Below are positions 37,958 to 51,350 of a stretch of DNA of 64,000 bases, in pieces; position 1 is the stretch's first letter; each line of letters starts with the position of its first letter. Position numbers and translations under genes: made by a program. The stretch covers positions 907,566 to 971,565 of the forward strand of contig MU053365.1 of the NCBI GenBank assembly GCA_013239625.1, given 5' to 3'. The stretch comes from Lama guanicoe. Lineage: Eukaryota. The notes below the pieces were generated by a model that saw only the letters and a program-made list of their open reading frames with translations, was not told the origin of the DNA and made no database searches.

Positions 37958-38699
37958 AGGCTCGGGAGAGCAGGGAAGGATTGAACGAAGTGGATCTATT
38001 AGTAGATTTATTCCACTCAGAAGTAAAAGATCTTTTCCCTGTTTAAGTTACCAGAGCTTTTCCAATTTGCTGTGATCTTAAACATTACAGTAGCAACTTT
38101 CTCTTCCAACTACTAAGTCGAATTTCCAAGATGCAGTGGGTACACAGTAGAGTTTTTAAAAAGTTGCAGCAAATTCCATGAGCCTATGATCCACTGTGGA
38201 TACCAGTTTAAGAGCAGGCTTGAAAAGCGATATGAAACTTGCTTTGCTTTTTTCTTCTTTAATGTCATCTCAGAGAGGTGAGACACCTTACACAGCCAAG
38301 CGGATGAGATGGCCTCCAGCATAAACTAATCAGTGATGTCTAGAGGTGGGATTGGCCTGTTATTTTCATATGAGTAGCTGGTGAAATTACCTGAATTAGA
38401 GGAAATGAAAACGCACAAACGAGTTTGTCCTGAGAAGCCTGGAAAAGTTGATCAGTCAGCTAAGAACAGAATCTTTTTCTTCTTTGCCAGCGGGAGCACC
38501 TGATGACACTGGACCCAATTTCCCAACTTGGGACCTTGCACTCATAGTGTTATTTTGCAGCACTCTAACTTAAAAGCTGGTCATAAAGGCAAGGAATGGT
38601 ACACATTTTAAAAAGTATGAAGGATAATAAATTGCAGGGTTGAGAGTGGTTTTAATATCTTTTCAGTTGTAACCCTTATGATAAGAGGAGGAAGAGGGG

Positions 38700-38920
38700 C
38701 ACTGTAGAACTAGAGACCTGAGCTTGACTCCTCAGTCTGCCCTTTATTTGCTGTGTGACCTTGAGCAAGTGGCTTAACCTTTCCAAACTTTAGTTTACTT
38801 GTCTGAAAGTGGCAGTGGCCCACTTGATACTGTTGTGGTGAGGATTCCATGAGATGACACCATGTGAAGCCATTACCCAAGTGCCTGGAACGGAGGAGGT
38901 CTTCAGTCACTGGCAGCTCT
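38700..38920 (+). mobile_element. MIR SINE
   Basis: gctgtgtgaccttgagcaagtggcttaacc ... tgtggtgaggattccatgagatga. Confidence 0.8.
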
Positions 38921-39094
38921 TGTCAACCTCCTTATTGTGGATTCTTTACAGAGTTCATCCCAGCAACCCTGTCAGTGTTTGAAATGCTTATTTATGTCAT
39001 GAAATGTTGTAAAGCAAATATTTCCAAGCTCCCAACAGTGACTCTATTCTATTCCTAACCTATAGGACAAGCTCTCCCCTCCCATCACTCTTAA

Positions 39095-39680
39095 TACAGA
39101 AGCCAGAGTGATCTTATAAGAACTCCCCTGTTCAAAATCCTGCTATGCTTCCCACATCAGGAAAATAAAAGTCCAAATCCTTATAAGGCTCTCTAAGGTC
39201 CTTCCCCAGCCTGACCCCCTCCCCTGAATTCTGCAAGCTTACCTCCTGCTACTCCCCTCTCTCTCACCCCAACAATGTCCTCCAGGCTGTTCTCCAAATA
39301 AGCTAGCAGACTCCTGCCTCAGGGACTTTGCACTTGCTGTTCCCTCTTCCTGTGCCCTCTTTTTCCAAACAGACACTTGGTGTGTTCCCTTAGTTCCCTG
39401 AGGGTCCTGCTTAAACACCATGTTACCTGTGAGGCCTTCCTTAGTGCATCTCCCAACCCAGCCTTCTTTATCCTCCTGCCTGGATTTACTTATCTCCGTT
39501 GTGACTTCTCATCTGACATACTATCCAGTGTTCTTGCTTATTTGTTTCTTGCCTTTACCACCAACAGAATGTAAACTCCCTGAAGGTAAGCACTTCTGTC
39601 TCTGTTCTATCCTGAGTGCTTAGAATAGTACCTGGCCCATATAGTAGGGATATAATATACATTTGTTGAATAAATGATTA
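39095..39680 (+). mobile_element. L2a-type 3' end
   Basis: ctcctgcctcagggactttgcacttgctgttccctct ... gcttagaatagtacctggc ... atttgttgaataaatga. Confidence 0.85.
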
Positions 39681-39856
39681 GGAAAAGAACCAAAGAAACT
39701 ACTTACACTACCTTTCAGAAAAGTAAAAGGGTAATAATTAACAACATGAAGCTGGCATCTCAGAAATGAATCTCATAAGTACTAAAAGCAATTGACTGAC
39801 AAAGCAGAGATAACTTGATGAGTGTTTATAGCAGTGCTGATTCAAATGGCATGTCT

Positions 39857-39884
39857 GACAGATGGTTGGATAAAGAAGCTGTGG

Positions 39885-39925
<41 letters not shown>

Positions 39926-40368
39926 GAATACTATTCAGTCATAAAAAATAATAAAATAATGCTAATTGCAGCAACATGGATGGAGCTGGAGATTATCCTA
40001 CTAGGTGAAGTAAGTCAGACAGAGAAAGACAAATGTCATGATGTTACTAATATGTGGAATCTAAAAAAAAGATAAATCAATTTATTTCCAAAACAGAAAC
40101 AGACTCACAGACATAGAAAATAAATTTATGGTTACCAGAGGGGGAAGGGAGGAGGCAGAAGGATATATTGGGAGTTTGGGATTTGCAGCTACAAAGTACT
40201 ATATATAAAATAGATAAACCACAAGGTCCTACTGTATAGCACAGGGAACCGTATTCAATATCTTATAATAACCCATAATGACAAAGAACATATACATATA
40301 TGCATAACTGAATCACTAGGCTGTACACTAGAAAGTTCCTAACACAACATTGTAAATACTTCAGTAAA
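39857..40368 (+). mobile_element. 5'-truncated L1 with internal (CA)n and 13-bp TSD
   Basis: gacagatggttggataaagaagctgtggtatac ... gcagcaacatggatggagctggag ... tatagcacagggaac. TSD is aaatggcatgtct (39844-39856) and aaatggcatatct (40369-40381). Confidence 0.92.
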
Positions 40369-40569
40369 AAATGGCATATCTAAAACTGCAGACAAATAAT
40401 TGCAGGATAAACTAAATGGAACCCTGTAAGGCCCATATCTAGGTGCAGAAACCCTGACAGCCAAAGTTCTATACTCAGTGAGGAGAGGCCTGGGAAACTC
40501 AGCTAGAGGTCCTGAAGAGCGTCTACTCTGTGTGAAGACCTAGAGCTCCAACAGAGAGGCAGTGCGGCC

Positions 40570-40726
40570 CAGCTCCTCAAAACGTGGCCCAAGGACCAAG
40601 AGCTTCAGCATCACCTGGTAGAAGTGCAGAATTTCAGGCCCCTCCCCAGATCTGAAGACCCCAAATCTGTATTTTAACAGGCTGCCCACGTGGTGTATCT
40701 GCACACAGGAGGCGGAGAAGGCCTGG
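40570..40726. mobile_element. MER5A-like MITE
   Basis: ctcaaaacgtggcccaaggacca ... cagcatcacctggtagaagtgcagaatttcaggcccctccccaga ... tctgtattttaacag. Confidence 0.8.
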
Positions 40727-40734
40727 CCTAGAGG

Positions 40735-41130
40735 GCAGTGTTGAAGAGCTCTCACTTGGGATCAGAATCACTGTTCCTCTAATACACTTGCTGTGGGACT
40801 TTAGACAAGTCAACGCAAATTCCTTGAACCTCAGTTTTATCATCTGTGACATGGGGATCATGAAAGTACCGAAGTCATAGGCAAACAACAACAACAATAA
40901 TAATTACAACAACCAAGATGACAATGGCTAACATGTATTGTGTGTGTGCCAGACAATGTTCTAAGCACTTTTACAAGTTCAAGTATTTATTTACTGTAAC
41001 CCTCACCATCAACCTGTGAGGCCTGTGCCATTATTATTCCCATTTTATAAGTGAAGAAAATGAGGCTCAGATAGGTTAAGTCTCTTGGCTGAGGCCACAC
41101 TACTATAAAAGCACACGGTCGGGATTTGCG
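40735..41130. mobile_element. Two MIRs tail-to-tail (+ about 40735-40880; - about 40920-41130)
   Basis: aacctcagttttatcatctgtgacatgggga, then cccattttataagtgaagaaaatgaggctcagataggttaag. Confidence 0.75.
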
Positions 41131-42031
41131 TACCTAAGGTAACGCGCACGCAGTCAACCCAGTGCCCAGCTCACAGGAAGTGACTGGCCAGCGGTGGCCG
41201 CCATCAAGTTCTATGGCTCTTGTTCAGATCAACAACACAGTCTCTTTCATTTGCTTGTTCTTCGCGTCCCACTTTTCTGCAGTCATGCCAATGGCTCCTC
41301 ACCCTCCTTTCTGCCCCAAGAACAAACCACCAATTCATGGGATCAGGCCTCTCCACTAGGCTGGCCTTCTCTAGAGAGCCTCTGCCTCCTGCTTCCTCTG
41401 CATCTGATGTCCCACCTCCACCGAGCTTCCTTCCCTGCTGTTCTTTCCCCTGGATGCCTTTACTAACCTCAGGCTCATGGACCGGTCAAAGGCCCTTCCA
41501 TTCCACAGTCTCCTTCAACCTTTCCTTCCATCAGTGGAAGTGAAGCCTGGAGCACCTCCTGGAACGAGGGGCATGAAGAAGCCAACATGGACTCAAGTCT
41601 GCCAATGCTGCTGGCATCATCAGATTGCATCGCTTAACATGATCCTGTGTGCACGTGCGTGCAGGGTGGGGAATTAGTGATTTGTGAGAATGTGTGTATG
41701 TGAGTGTGTTTGTGAGTGTGTGGATTTTAGATGAACAGATGTACATTACAGTAAGCCAAAATACTGTATAAAACAGATAAATTAGGTGGTGCCTATTCGC
41801 TTTACAGAAGGACTCTTCATTTGGACAATCATTTGATATAACAGTTCTGTGGTTAGCAAACTGAAGGCATTGAACATAGGATTCAATTGATACATGATAT
41901 TTCAGGAATAAGAATATCATATAACATGAGATTTGTAGAACACATGTATATGAGCACAAAGAAACACAGAAACACACACACACCACTAAATAAGGCAATT
42001 CTTGCCTTGTCTAATTTGGGAGGTTGTTATA

Positions 42032-42210
42032 AGAGGTCAGCAAATCTTTTTTTTTTATAAAGGGCAGGACAGTGAATATATTCTACAGTTGTGGCGTGAA
42101 ATTATCCACAGACAATGTGTGAACAAACGGCATACCTGTGTGTCAATAAAACTTTATTTACAGAAATAGTACACTAGATTTGGCTGGTGGACTGTAATTT
42201 GCTGAGCCTC
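42032..42210. mobile_element. MER58A-like MITE
   Basis: agaggtcagcaaa ... taaagggcaggacagtgaatat ... caataaaactttatttacagaaa ... gtaatttgctgagcctct. Confidence 0.75.
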
Positions 42211-42828
42211 TTAAAAGGATTAAAGAGTATATGTTCAATGGAACAGTGTGTTTATCCATTTAAAAGAATGAGATATGTGTATGGGGATGGAAAGCCATCT
42301 AAGACATTGCGAGATAAGGGAAGAAGCAAGTGCAAAAGTGTTTGCATTGGATGCTCCCCTTTGTGTAATATCAATAAGCTATGCATCTATGTGTCTATAC
42401 GCAGAGAACCAGGTCTACGGGAAATAGACACTAAACAGTTAACAGAAAGAGCTGCCTCCAATGCTGTGGGATCGTGGGGGACAGTCACTGTCTACGTTGT
42501 ATGTTACTATAGTCCTGATGACTTTTAAAGAATTTATTATGCCATTTGCTGCAACATGGATGCGGACCTGGAGATCATCATTTTAACTGATGATTTTTCA
42601 AAAGACCAAACACATGTGCGTAACCAGAAAATCAATACAGCTATTTAAAATAGTATGTGTGTGTTTTGAAAACTGTAAATCCTTCTGTAAGCTCTATTAT
42701 TATTATTATTATGATTACACACTTTGAAGAAAATTAGTGTTCTGTGGATATAAGCCATTTCATTCTCACTTGATGCTAAGTTTTGAGAACAGGAACCACA
42801 GGTCACTTCCTTGTACCCCTGTATTCTC

Positions 42829-42829
<1 letters not shown>

Positions 42830-42862
<33 letters not shown>
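42830..42862 (+). repeat. (CA)n microsatellite
   Basis: Read directly from the sequence. Confidence 0.95.
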
Positions 42863-42865
<3 letters not shown>

Positions 42866-43444
42866 TACAGAGTAGGGGACCTAGAAATGTGCACACATTG
42901 TGGACTATTGGAGCAAAAAGGATCTCTAGATTAGCGCTGATCAGTGGGATTTATTCTCAGAAACAGCATGAAGGTCCTAGCTTCATACACAAAGGCCAGG
43001 TAATATGCCACACATCATTGGGTGTTTATTAGAAATGTCAAATTGTGTTGCAAAGGTGCTTGCTGTTGGCCAAGTTATATCTGTGTCATCTTATCTAAAA
43101 ATAACCTTTCAGCAAGTTGGCATGAAACAATACATATGCTATAGATCTAGGTTGTTTAGGATACAAATATAGAAGAGAGAGAAATGTGTCATTTATTTCT
43201 AACCCAAGTACGCTCGTTCACTTTCACCAACCCACGTGGGATGACAGACCTTCCCCCAGGCCCCTCAGGGACTCACTTTGAAAACTGACCCATGACTTGA
43301 AGTCCTTCAGCCCAGGGAGAACTTTTCATTTCTACTTCCTGTACCTCTTCCTCAGGCAGGAGGACATATTCAGAGTAGCAAGACCATTCTCTGAGTATGC
43401 TTCCATAGGAGACATCTGGGTCGGTTTTCCCAGCACGTCATACA

Positions 43445-43750
43445 TAAGGCTTAGTAAAAAGAGCACTGGACGGGGAGTCAAGAGACCTAGATTTTAGTTA
43501 TGTCTCTGAAACTTGGCTGTGTTAGCTTGAGCAAGTTATAGCCCCCATCTCTAGCTTATAATATAACCACTTACTAGCTGTGTGCCCTTAGGGATGTAGG
43601 ATCCTGGAAAAACTGTCTAGCTTCCCTGTTCTTCCGTTTTCCCATCTCTCAAATGGGGACAACACAGTCCTTTCCTCATAGGGTTGTTGTGCAGACTGAA
43701 TATGCTTTCAGGCACTCAGTGAGTCCTCTAAGAATGTTAGCCACGACTAT
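43445..43750 (+). mobile_element. MIR fragments
   Basis: ggagtcaagagacctag; ccacttactagctgtgtgcccttagg; cctcatagggttgttgtg. Confidence 0.7.
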
Positions 43751-45829
43751 CATATGCTTTATTCTTCTGTAATCCCTTTCAATTCACAGAGAGTTCCGGT
43801 AATCATGATCTCGTTTATCCCCCATTCCTCTGGGGGGTAGTGGTGGCACTGTGACTGTCATCCCCTTACATGAAGACGGTCAACGCTGAGGATGGTTCCT
43901 TGATGGACCTGAGGCCACACAGCAAACGTACGAGCTCAGTGCCTAAAACCTGAGCTTCTCCCTCACATCCTCTCTGCTCTTGGGATTCAATCCAAAGCTA
44001 TTTCCTGGGTCCCTGGCCTTCACTGGGGATAGGGAATCGGACCCAGTCAGCCCTGGCCCTGGAGCAGATCAGAGGCAGGTCAGAGACAGAGGACGCTGCA
44101 GTGCTGGAGACTCAACTAAGTACCATACCGTGAGATAGCTAGTATCAGAAGGTGTGCTGGAGATCCCTGTGGGGAGGCCAGCTGGGGGCACGGAACTGGC
44201 AGAGCCCATCTCCAAGGCCTTACCTGCATGGGCCCATTTTTGATGCTGTGAAACAAAAATGTTTATAAAATTTACAGTATCTTTTCAGAAATATCTCTAG
44301 AGGGAGGAAAAATGATAAAAAGACAGTTTTGCTTCTGGAAAATATTCCTTCCTGCTCCGTGTGTGGGCTGCACTATATTCCCATCACCCTATTCCCCTGA
44401 AGGCAGAAAAGCACATTGCCAGGTTTATAACACAGGCCCTAACTGCACCAGAAGGTCACAGCGCAAGGGATGAGTAAGCGCTAACAGAGCCATGGCCTCG
44501 GAGTTTCCAGAAGTAGGCAGACTCTATGTTCTGGCGGAAAGAAAGGGCACTGTGAGCCGGGAGACCTCTGTATCGATTGTGGCTCTGCCGCCAGCTCAAC
44601 ACACAACTGTACGCGAGTCAGTTCCCTCCTCTGGGCCTCAGTGGCTCCATTGGTTGGTCTCGAAGGGCTTTTCCAGTGCTAATGTTCCAGGATACAATGA
44701 TATCCCAGAATATCTTGCATATCTGCTATTTAATAACGGATCTTTTATTGGAAAACATCACTGCTGATTGCATCTTGGGGATATCCTTGGGAACATAAAG
44801 GAATCAGAACAGGAACCATTAGGCCATAGGCTGTTTTCTCATTTTCTCTTTACAGGGATCTTTACCCTTCTGCTTCCTGTTTGCACCTCAGATTAAATTA
44901 GGGATGTTACTTCTATTTGTCCCCAAACAATGTGATATACAATAAATAACGCATCATCCTTGCAACTGGCTGTGCAACAACACTTACAGAGTAAAACTCA
45001 CACTGTGCTGTGCATATGGCTCAATCGACTATACAGTTGTGGAAGCATTCACATAGAGACGCCAAGCTCCCTTCTTCTCCTCTCTTTCCCTCCCTTCTTC
45101 CCATCCTTCCCACTCCTCCACTTCATGCCCACTGCCATTTAAGAAGTGATCTAACCTTCTAGTTAAATGTCACCAACACTCTCAATCAGCATATGCTACG
45201 ATTCGTAAAATAATGATGAGCCAAATCGATGGCCTCCCAGCTCAAGGGGCTGGGTTATCAGACACTTTTCCATCTCTTTCTAAGAGCCATGCTCGCCTCC
45301 CTTTGTGGCTGCTCTCAGAGAATCACTCAGCTGCACTCTTCGACCTACGCAATTCCAAACAAGTATCTCCTGCAAGTAGAAATTTGGCTCCACAGGTTCC
45401 CATGGCCACCAGGCCACATCTCTCCAACACAGTGGTCCTCAGGCGAGCTTCTCTCCCCATCCTGGGGCCAAGGCCCCGTGGAGTAGGCAGGAGGGCAGCT
45501 GTGTGAAGAACGACTATCCACGCATTTAATCTGCTTCCCTTTCCCTCTCCTCAGCCTCAGGAGGTTTCCTCAGCATGGTCCTCGTACCTGGCCCAACAAT
45601 GACGCAGCTTTTACCCATACTCTTCACATCAGAAGAGGGGGTCTTAGACCTCCCTGCTGCAAGCAACATCCTTTTCCTGCTTTCCTCTCCCTGTTCCCCT
45701 TTCATTCTCCTTTGGATCTTTCTTCCTTGTCATTTCCCTATGATTCTGGCATTTTGACCTGTTCAAGACAGTCCTGTTTCCAATTTTTCTCTGAATGCCC
45801 AGTTCCTGTCACCATCATCGGTACCATCA

Positions 45830-46090
45830 TCATAGTTCACACTTGGTGAGCACTTACTACGTACCAAGCGCTGTGCTAAAACTTGCCTTTCATGAGCCTG
45901 CGTATTCCTCACCAAACTCTTGTGAGGAAAGGCACTATTAGGAGCCCTATTCTATAGATGAATCAACTGAGACGGAATTTACAGAGAGTTTACATATCGG
46001 GCCCAAGGTTATATAGCTAATAAGTGACAGATCCAGGGTTCAGAACCAGATCTGTCTAGACGCCAAAGCCCAGGCACTTAACGACTACAC
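45830..46090 (-). mobile_element. MIR SINE
   Basis: gagcacttactacgtaccaagcgctgtgctaa ... tatagatgaatcaactgag ... cccaaggttatatagctaataagtg. Confidence 0.85.
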
Positions 46091-46259
46091 TATATGGCCT
46101 CAGTTACTGTCAGACCACGTGGCCTAGAAAATATGGGCCCCCATATCCTGGTTTAGATTTATCAGTGGGCCGCACAGGCATTTTCAGTCTTACCAGAGGA
46201 GTTTGCTGAATGAAATCCAAAATGCCTAGGAGTAACTTTAATTAGAACCATGTGAGACC

Positions 46260-49200
46260 CACAAAAAGAGAACTATAAAACTTTCCTGAGAAATACATAA
46301 AAAAAGACTTGATAAGTAAGAAGACATACCATGTTCCTGAATTGGGAGGCTGAATGTAGTAAAGAGAAATCAATTTGCTTTTAAATTATTTATAATTTTA
46401 GTTGAATTCCAATCAAAACACTAACAGGATTCTTTTGGGGACTTGACAAAATAATTCTAAGATTTAGTAGGAAAAAACAAATGGAAGAAAACTGCATAGA
46501 AAACATTTGTAAAAGAAGAGGAATGAAGAGGAATTAGCCCTATCAGATATTAAAAATTTTATTTATAGTCCACTGCATTTAAAATACATGTTATAAATCT
46601 ACAATTACTAAAGCACTGGGATACCAGAACAAATTTAGATATACGAATCAAAGAAATCATATATATCCCCATGCTGATCCTACTATGTATATGAAACTAA
46701 TATGCGATAAAGAAGGTATCTCAAATAAAAGGAAAGAAAAAAGTTAGTAATAAATGGCATTGGGACAAGTTGTAAACTATTTAGGGAAAAATAAATAAAA
46801 TTACTAGTATATACCATGAAGTAATTTCTAGAGGAATTACTGAGTAAATACTAAAGGAACTATTACATTCAAAAATTCAAACCATAAAACTAGAAGAAAA
46901 CAAATATCTATCAAATCACTAACAGGAATAGAAATTTCTAAATTTAGAAATAATGAAAGAAATAGAATATTAATAAATGTGACTTTATACATATTAAAAA
47001 CTCCTCTAAAAAAACCCAAACTATTCAATCATCCCATATTCAAACTTAAAAGGCAATTTGAAAACTGATAAATATTCATAATAAATAAAACAAAGAATTC
47101 CTGTTTTAACATATAAATCACTCATACAAGTCTATAAGGAAAACACTAGTACTCAAATAACTGGAAAAAATACTGAACAAATATTCATTAGGTATTTCAA
47201 GACGTGGCAGATGATAGAGAATATACAGTTTATAAGAACTAATCTGCCTCTTGATGTACTTGAAATCTACAGGGAGACAAACATTAAAAGAAGCGGTGCA
47301 ACCAAGCGTATAGTTGCTACGATGGAAGTCTGACTGAGGTAGAAGTGCAAGAAAAGGGAGGCAGTGGTCAATTTTACCAAGATTGGGGGAATCAAGTACA
47401 TGAAAGAAGTTAACTCTTGACCTAGTTTTTAAAGATGAGTACATGTTCCACAGCTGGACAGAAGATGCTATATAAGGATATTTCAGAAAGAGACAGCAAC
47501 TTAAGTAGCTCCAGAGACATGCACAATGTGCGATGTTGGATGGGGGTAAGACTTTTAGCTGGAGCCACTGAAGCTATACTCATAGGCCATAACATGGGAG
47601 ACTTCACTTTTTTATTTTCTAGGCATTGAAGAGTCTAAGAGCTGTAAGTAGGCAAAACTGTGAACAAATATGCATTTTAGAAAAAAAATTATGCTGGCTT
47701 CAGGAGAAAGGATACATTAGAGGGTAGCAAGATCAGAGGTCCTGAGACCAGCAGGAAGGTTGGGAAAGCAACTCAGGCTAGAAACAGTTAAGAACCTGGT
47801 TTAAGACAATAAGTGGGGAAGGAGAAGGATGTAATTCAAAAGACGTTGAGGACAGTCCATAAAAGAAACCCAAGTGGCTAATATGAAAAACATGTAACAC
47901 TGCATCAGTAATCAAAGAAAAGATACTACATTTCAAGCTGTCACATAAATCAAAATGTATTAAACCTGACAGTATGCCATACTAACAATGTTGAGGTTAA
48001 CCTTACTTTTATACATTGTTTCAATAACCATCTAAGTGTCAAGAAATATGACAATGGTTATGTTAACTGTGCTATAGCCACTGGATGGAATATTATACAA
48101 CTATTACAAGGGCACTGCTGAAAAATGTGTACTGAGATGGGTAAATGCTCATGACATAAGCATCTATAATTAGGCATTTAGTCAAGAAACACTTATTGAT
48201 TACCTATTATGCACCAGATGCTAGATAAAGGCTGGTTGTACAGCGGTGAAAATTATATAAATGGTTCCCATTCTTATGAAGTTTAGTCTCTAGTCAAACA
48301 ACAAAATAAATCCTTTATTTAAACAAACAATAAATAAGGGTAAGGAATGTTACGAAGGAAGAGACCATGGTGCCGTGATTGAGAACAGAAGATAGGATGG
48401 GGTGAAAACACTGAGATGAAGCAGTCAGGGAAGATTTATTTGAGACGACATTTTAACAGAGATTTACAGATGAAAAGGAGACAGCCCTGTGAAGATCAGC
48501 TGAAATCGTGGCCAAGGCAAAGGAAAAAGACAGTGCCAAAGCACTGAGAAGAAAAAAGGGTGACTTTGATTAACTGAAAGAACATCATTTGGCCTTGAAA
48601 GTAGTAAGAGAGTGACTTACTACTGCTTGGAATGGTAGGAGGTGAGAGTGGGGAGGTGAGCAGAGGTTGACCATGCAGAGTTTTGTAGGCCATGGCAGGG
48701 AACATTAGTTCAATTCTAGCTGAAATGGAAAGATATTTCTATTTTCATCTTTTGACTAGGGAATATAGCCACATGGTTCAAAAATCCAAACAATACAGAA
48801 AAGATTTACTGTGATGGGTCTTACTCTCTCCCCTGTATCTATCCACAGGATACTTCCCCCTACTCATCCACAAGTAACCATTTTCATTAGTTTCTTATGA
48901 ATCCTTTCAGAGTTGTGATGAAGATACAAATATGTATTATTGATTTGTCTCTCTGTCATATGCCACAAGTTATAAGTATACCATACATACTACTCTATAC
49001 ACCGATTTTGTTTCACTTGATAATATATCCTAGAGCTCTTTCTATTCATTGTATGGCTGCCTTCCTCATTCATTTTTATAGTCGCATAGTATTCTATCAT
49101 ATGGTTGTACCACAATTCATTTAGCTAGTCAATGGTTAGCTACTTAAGGATTCTCATCACATAATATGACTTATCTTTTAGAAAGATCATTACAAATGCT

Positions 49201-50220
49201 TTGTAGGGAATGGGTTGGAGGGGGCAAGAGTTATAGACTATTGTCATAGCCAGGTGAAAGGATATTTGTTAAGCCCAAGGGGTAGCAATGGAGATATAAA
49301 GAAGTGGGTCAATTCAAGGTATCACGTAGGATAGAATAGGCAAGACTTGGTGATGGACTGGATGTGACATAAGGGCAACAGAGGCATGAAGGATGACTCC
49401 TTAGTTTTTGGACTGAGTCACTGGTGGAAAGTGGTACCATTTGCTGAGATGGGCAAGATTGGAGGAGGCAGGTGCAGGAAGGAAAAGTCAAGATCTCTGT
49501 GCAGACCTCTTGGGTTTGAGATGTCTATGAAACAACATTCAGGTCAAGATGTCAAGTAGGCAGCTGGATTTGTGAACCTGGATCTTAAAGAAAAAGTTTG
49601 TGCCAGAGATAGAAATGTGGGAAATATCTGCATACCAATCAGATATGCAGTCATGGCAATGGGTAGAATCACCGAAAACATGAACGCAAAGTAAGAAGAG
49701 AAGAAGGCAAGATGTTAGCTCTGCAGAATCCTAACATTTGATGGTCAGATAAAGGAAGCTATGTTGACAAAGGACATTAAGAACAAGTGGGAAGTGAGTC
49801 AGAGGAAAACTCGGAGAATGTGGTGACAGAGAAGCCAAGGGAAGTGAGTGTTTCAAGGAGGAAGTGGTTGACTGTGTGGGCTAATGCTGATAGGTCAAAA
49901 CAGACAAGAACAAAGAATGGTTAAGTTAAAAAAAATCAGAGTAAGAAAATGGAAACCACACTTAATTACACATATGTGTGTGTTTATATAATATATAGAT
50001 ACACATATACATATATACATATATGTAAATTTATGCCTACATATACACATACATGTATGCATATATTATGATGTATAGAAAATAACTGAATGGAAATATG
50101 CTAAAACATTATCAGTAATCAACTCAGAGGTCAGATTATGTGATTTCTCCCTTTATCTAATTTTTCTATATTTTCCCAATTTTCTATATGAATATTTATT
50201 GCTTTTATAATAGAAAACTG
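46260..50220. mobile_element. Interleaved ancient repeats: L1ME-type ORF2/3' fragments (+; about 46260-47200, 47860-48160, 49930-50220), L2 fragments (-; about 47270-47850, 48170-48720, 49180-49920) and an L1MC-type 3' piece (-; about 48740-49150)
   Basis: L1 ORF2 motifs gacataccatgttcctgaattgggaggctgaat and acttgacaaaataattctaa. L2 motifs acttattgattacctattatgcaccagatgc, aggatgactccttagtttttggactgag and gatgtcaagtaggcagctggat. Confidence 0.75.
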
Positions 50221-51174
50221 CCTTAAAAATAAGAGATTTCTTAGCTGATCTTACTGTGGCTCTGACTTGGGAATAGACATGTAGTATCACAAAGTATCTT
50301 CTAGAAGACTATGAAAATCACTTCTATCTGGGAAATGAAACTTGTACCTTCACATAGGCTTCTCCAACAGGTGGATGCTACGTGTACAGGGTGTGGGGAC
50401 AGGAGAGGGGAGGGGTAATGTGGGCAAGGGAACCTGGCCCTTCTGCAAGCTTTTAAGTCTTCTATTTCTTTCTCTACTCTAACTGGATCAAGAGTCACAC
50501 TGCTGCAGTTCTTATCTTCAAACTGAAGCAAACTAGGACAAATTCTCTTTAATGCAAGTAAGATAAACTTAAGAGAATTCAGTATGAGCTGCTGCCTATT
50601 ACAAGGTGCCTGTAAAATTTGCATCACACTGATCCCCTTGCCCACCGTGGCCCTCAGTAAACTGGTGAAACATTGTGTCACAGGGATGTCATTCTGAAGG
50701 CAACAGTTCTGATCTGCTCACAAATGTCAGTCTTGCCCCTTTCAGACTCCACAGCAGTTGCTGCCGGAACCAATCCAAAAAAAGATTCCCCTGAGCACCT
50801 GTGGAACCCGCATTGCTCGTCATCGCTCCTGATGGCCGTAGTGCTGCATTTGGCTAGCATCCTGTCAAGGTGGAGCTTTTCTGTGCAAGCTCCTGCCTTC
50901 ATGTCCCAGAGCAGCGACTGCCAAACCTGATCAGTGCCAAGTCTCTTGGTAAGACAAACAATCCTCCAGACCCCCACCCAAAGCTAAGCCATTGCCAGCA
51001 GCCCGAACAGCTGTGAGACTGCTGCCGTCCTCCCACCGCACCCTTTCCCAGGCAGTGTCCCCCAAAGTATCCCACACATCTCAGTAGCTGTGGTAGGCTG
51101 GACAGTGCCTCCTCTGCCAAGACGCCCATGACCTAATCCCCGGAATCTATGCATATGTTCCCTTACCAATCAAA

Positions 51175-51350
51175 AAAGGACACTTTTGATCATCATGGAT
51201 TTTTTGACGGGAATTTTGATGCTTTTAAAATACTGCATTAAAATATTGTTTACCATGAAGGGAAACAACTCTGATCAATAGTGAGTTTTGAAGCTTCCTT
51301 AAATTGTGTTCCCTAGGCAAGCTCCTTACTCGCTCTTCCTTGCCCCGACG
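51175..51350. mobile_element. hAT-Tip100 fragment (MER96B-like)
   Basis: ttttaaaatactgcattaaaatattgttta ... ccttaaattgtgttccctaggcaagctccttactcgc. Confidence 0.5.

Noticed and set aside
50301..51169. Run of minus-strand ORFs suggesting a processed pseudogene
   Set aside because: No recognisable parent protein, poly-A tail or TSD.
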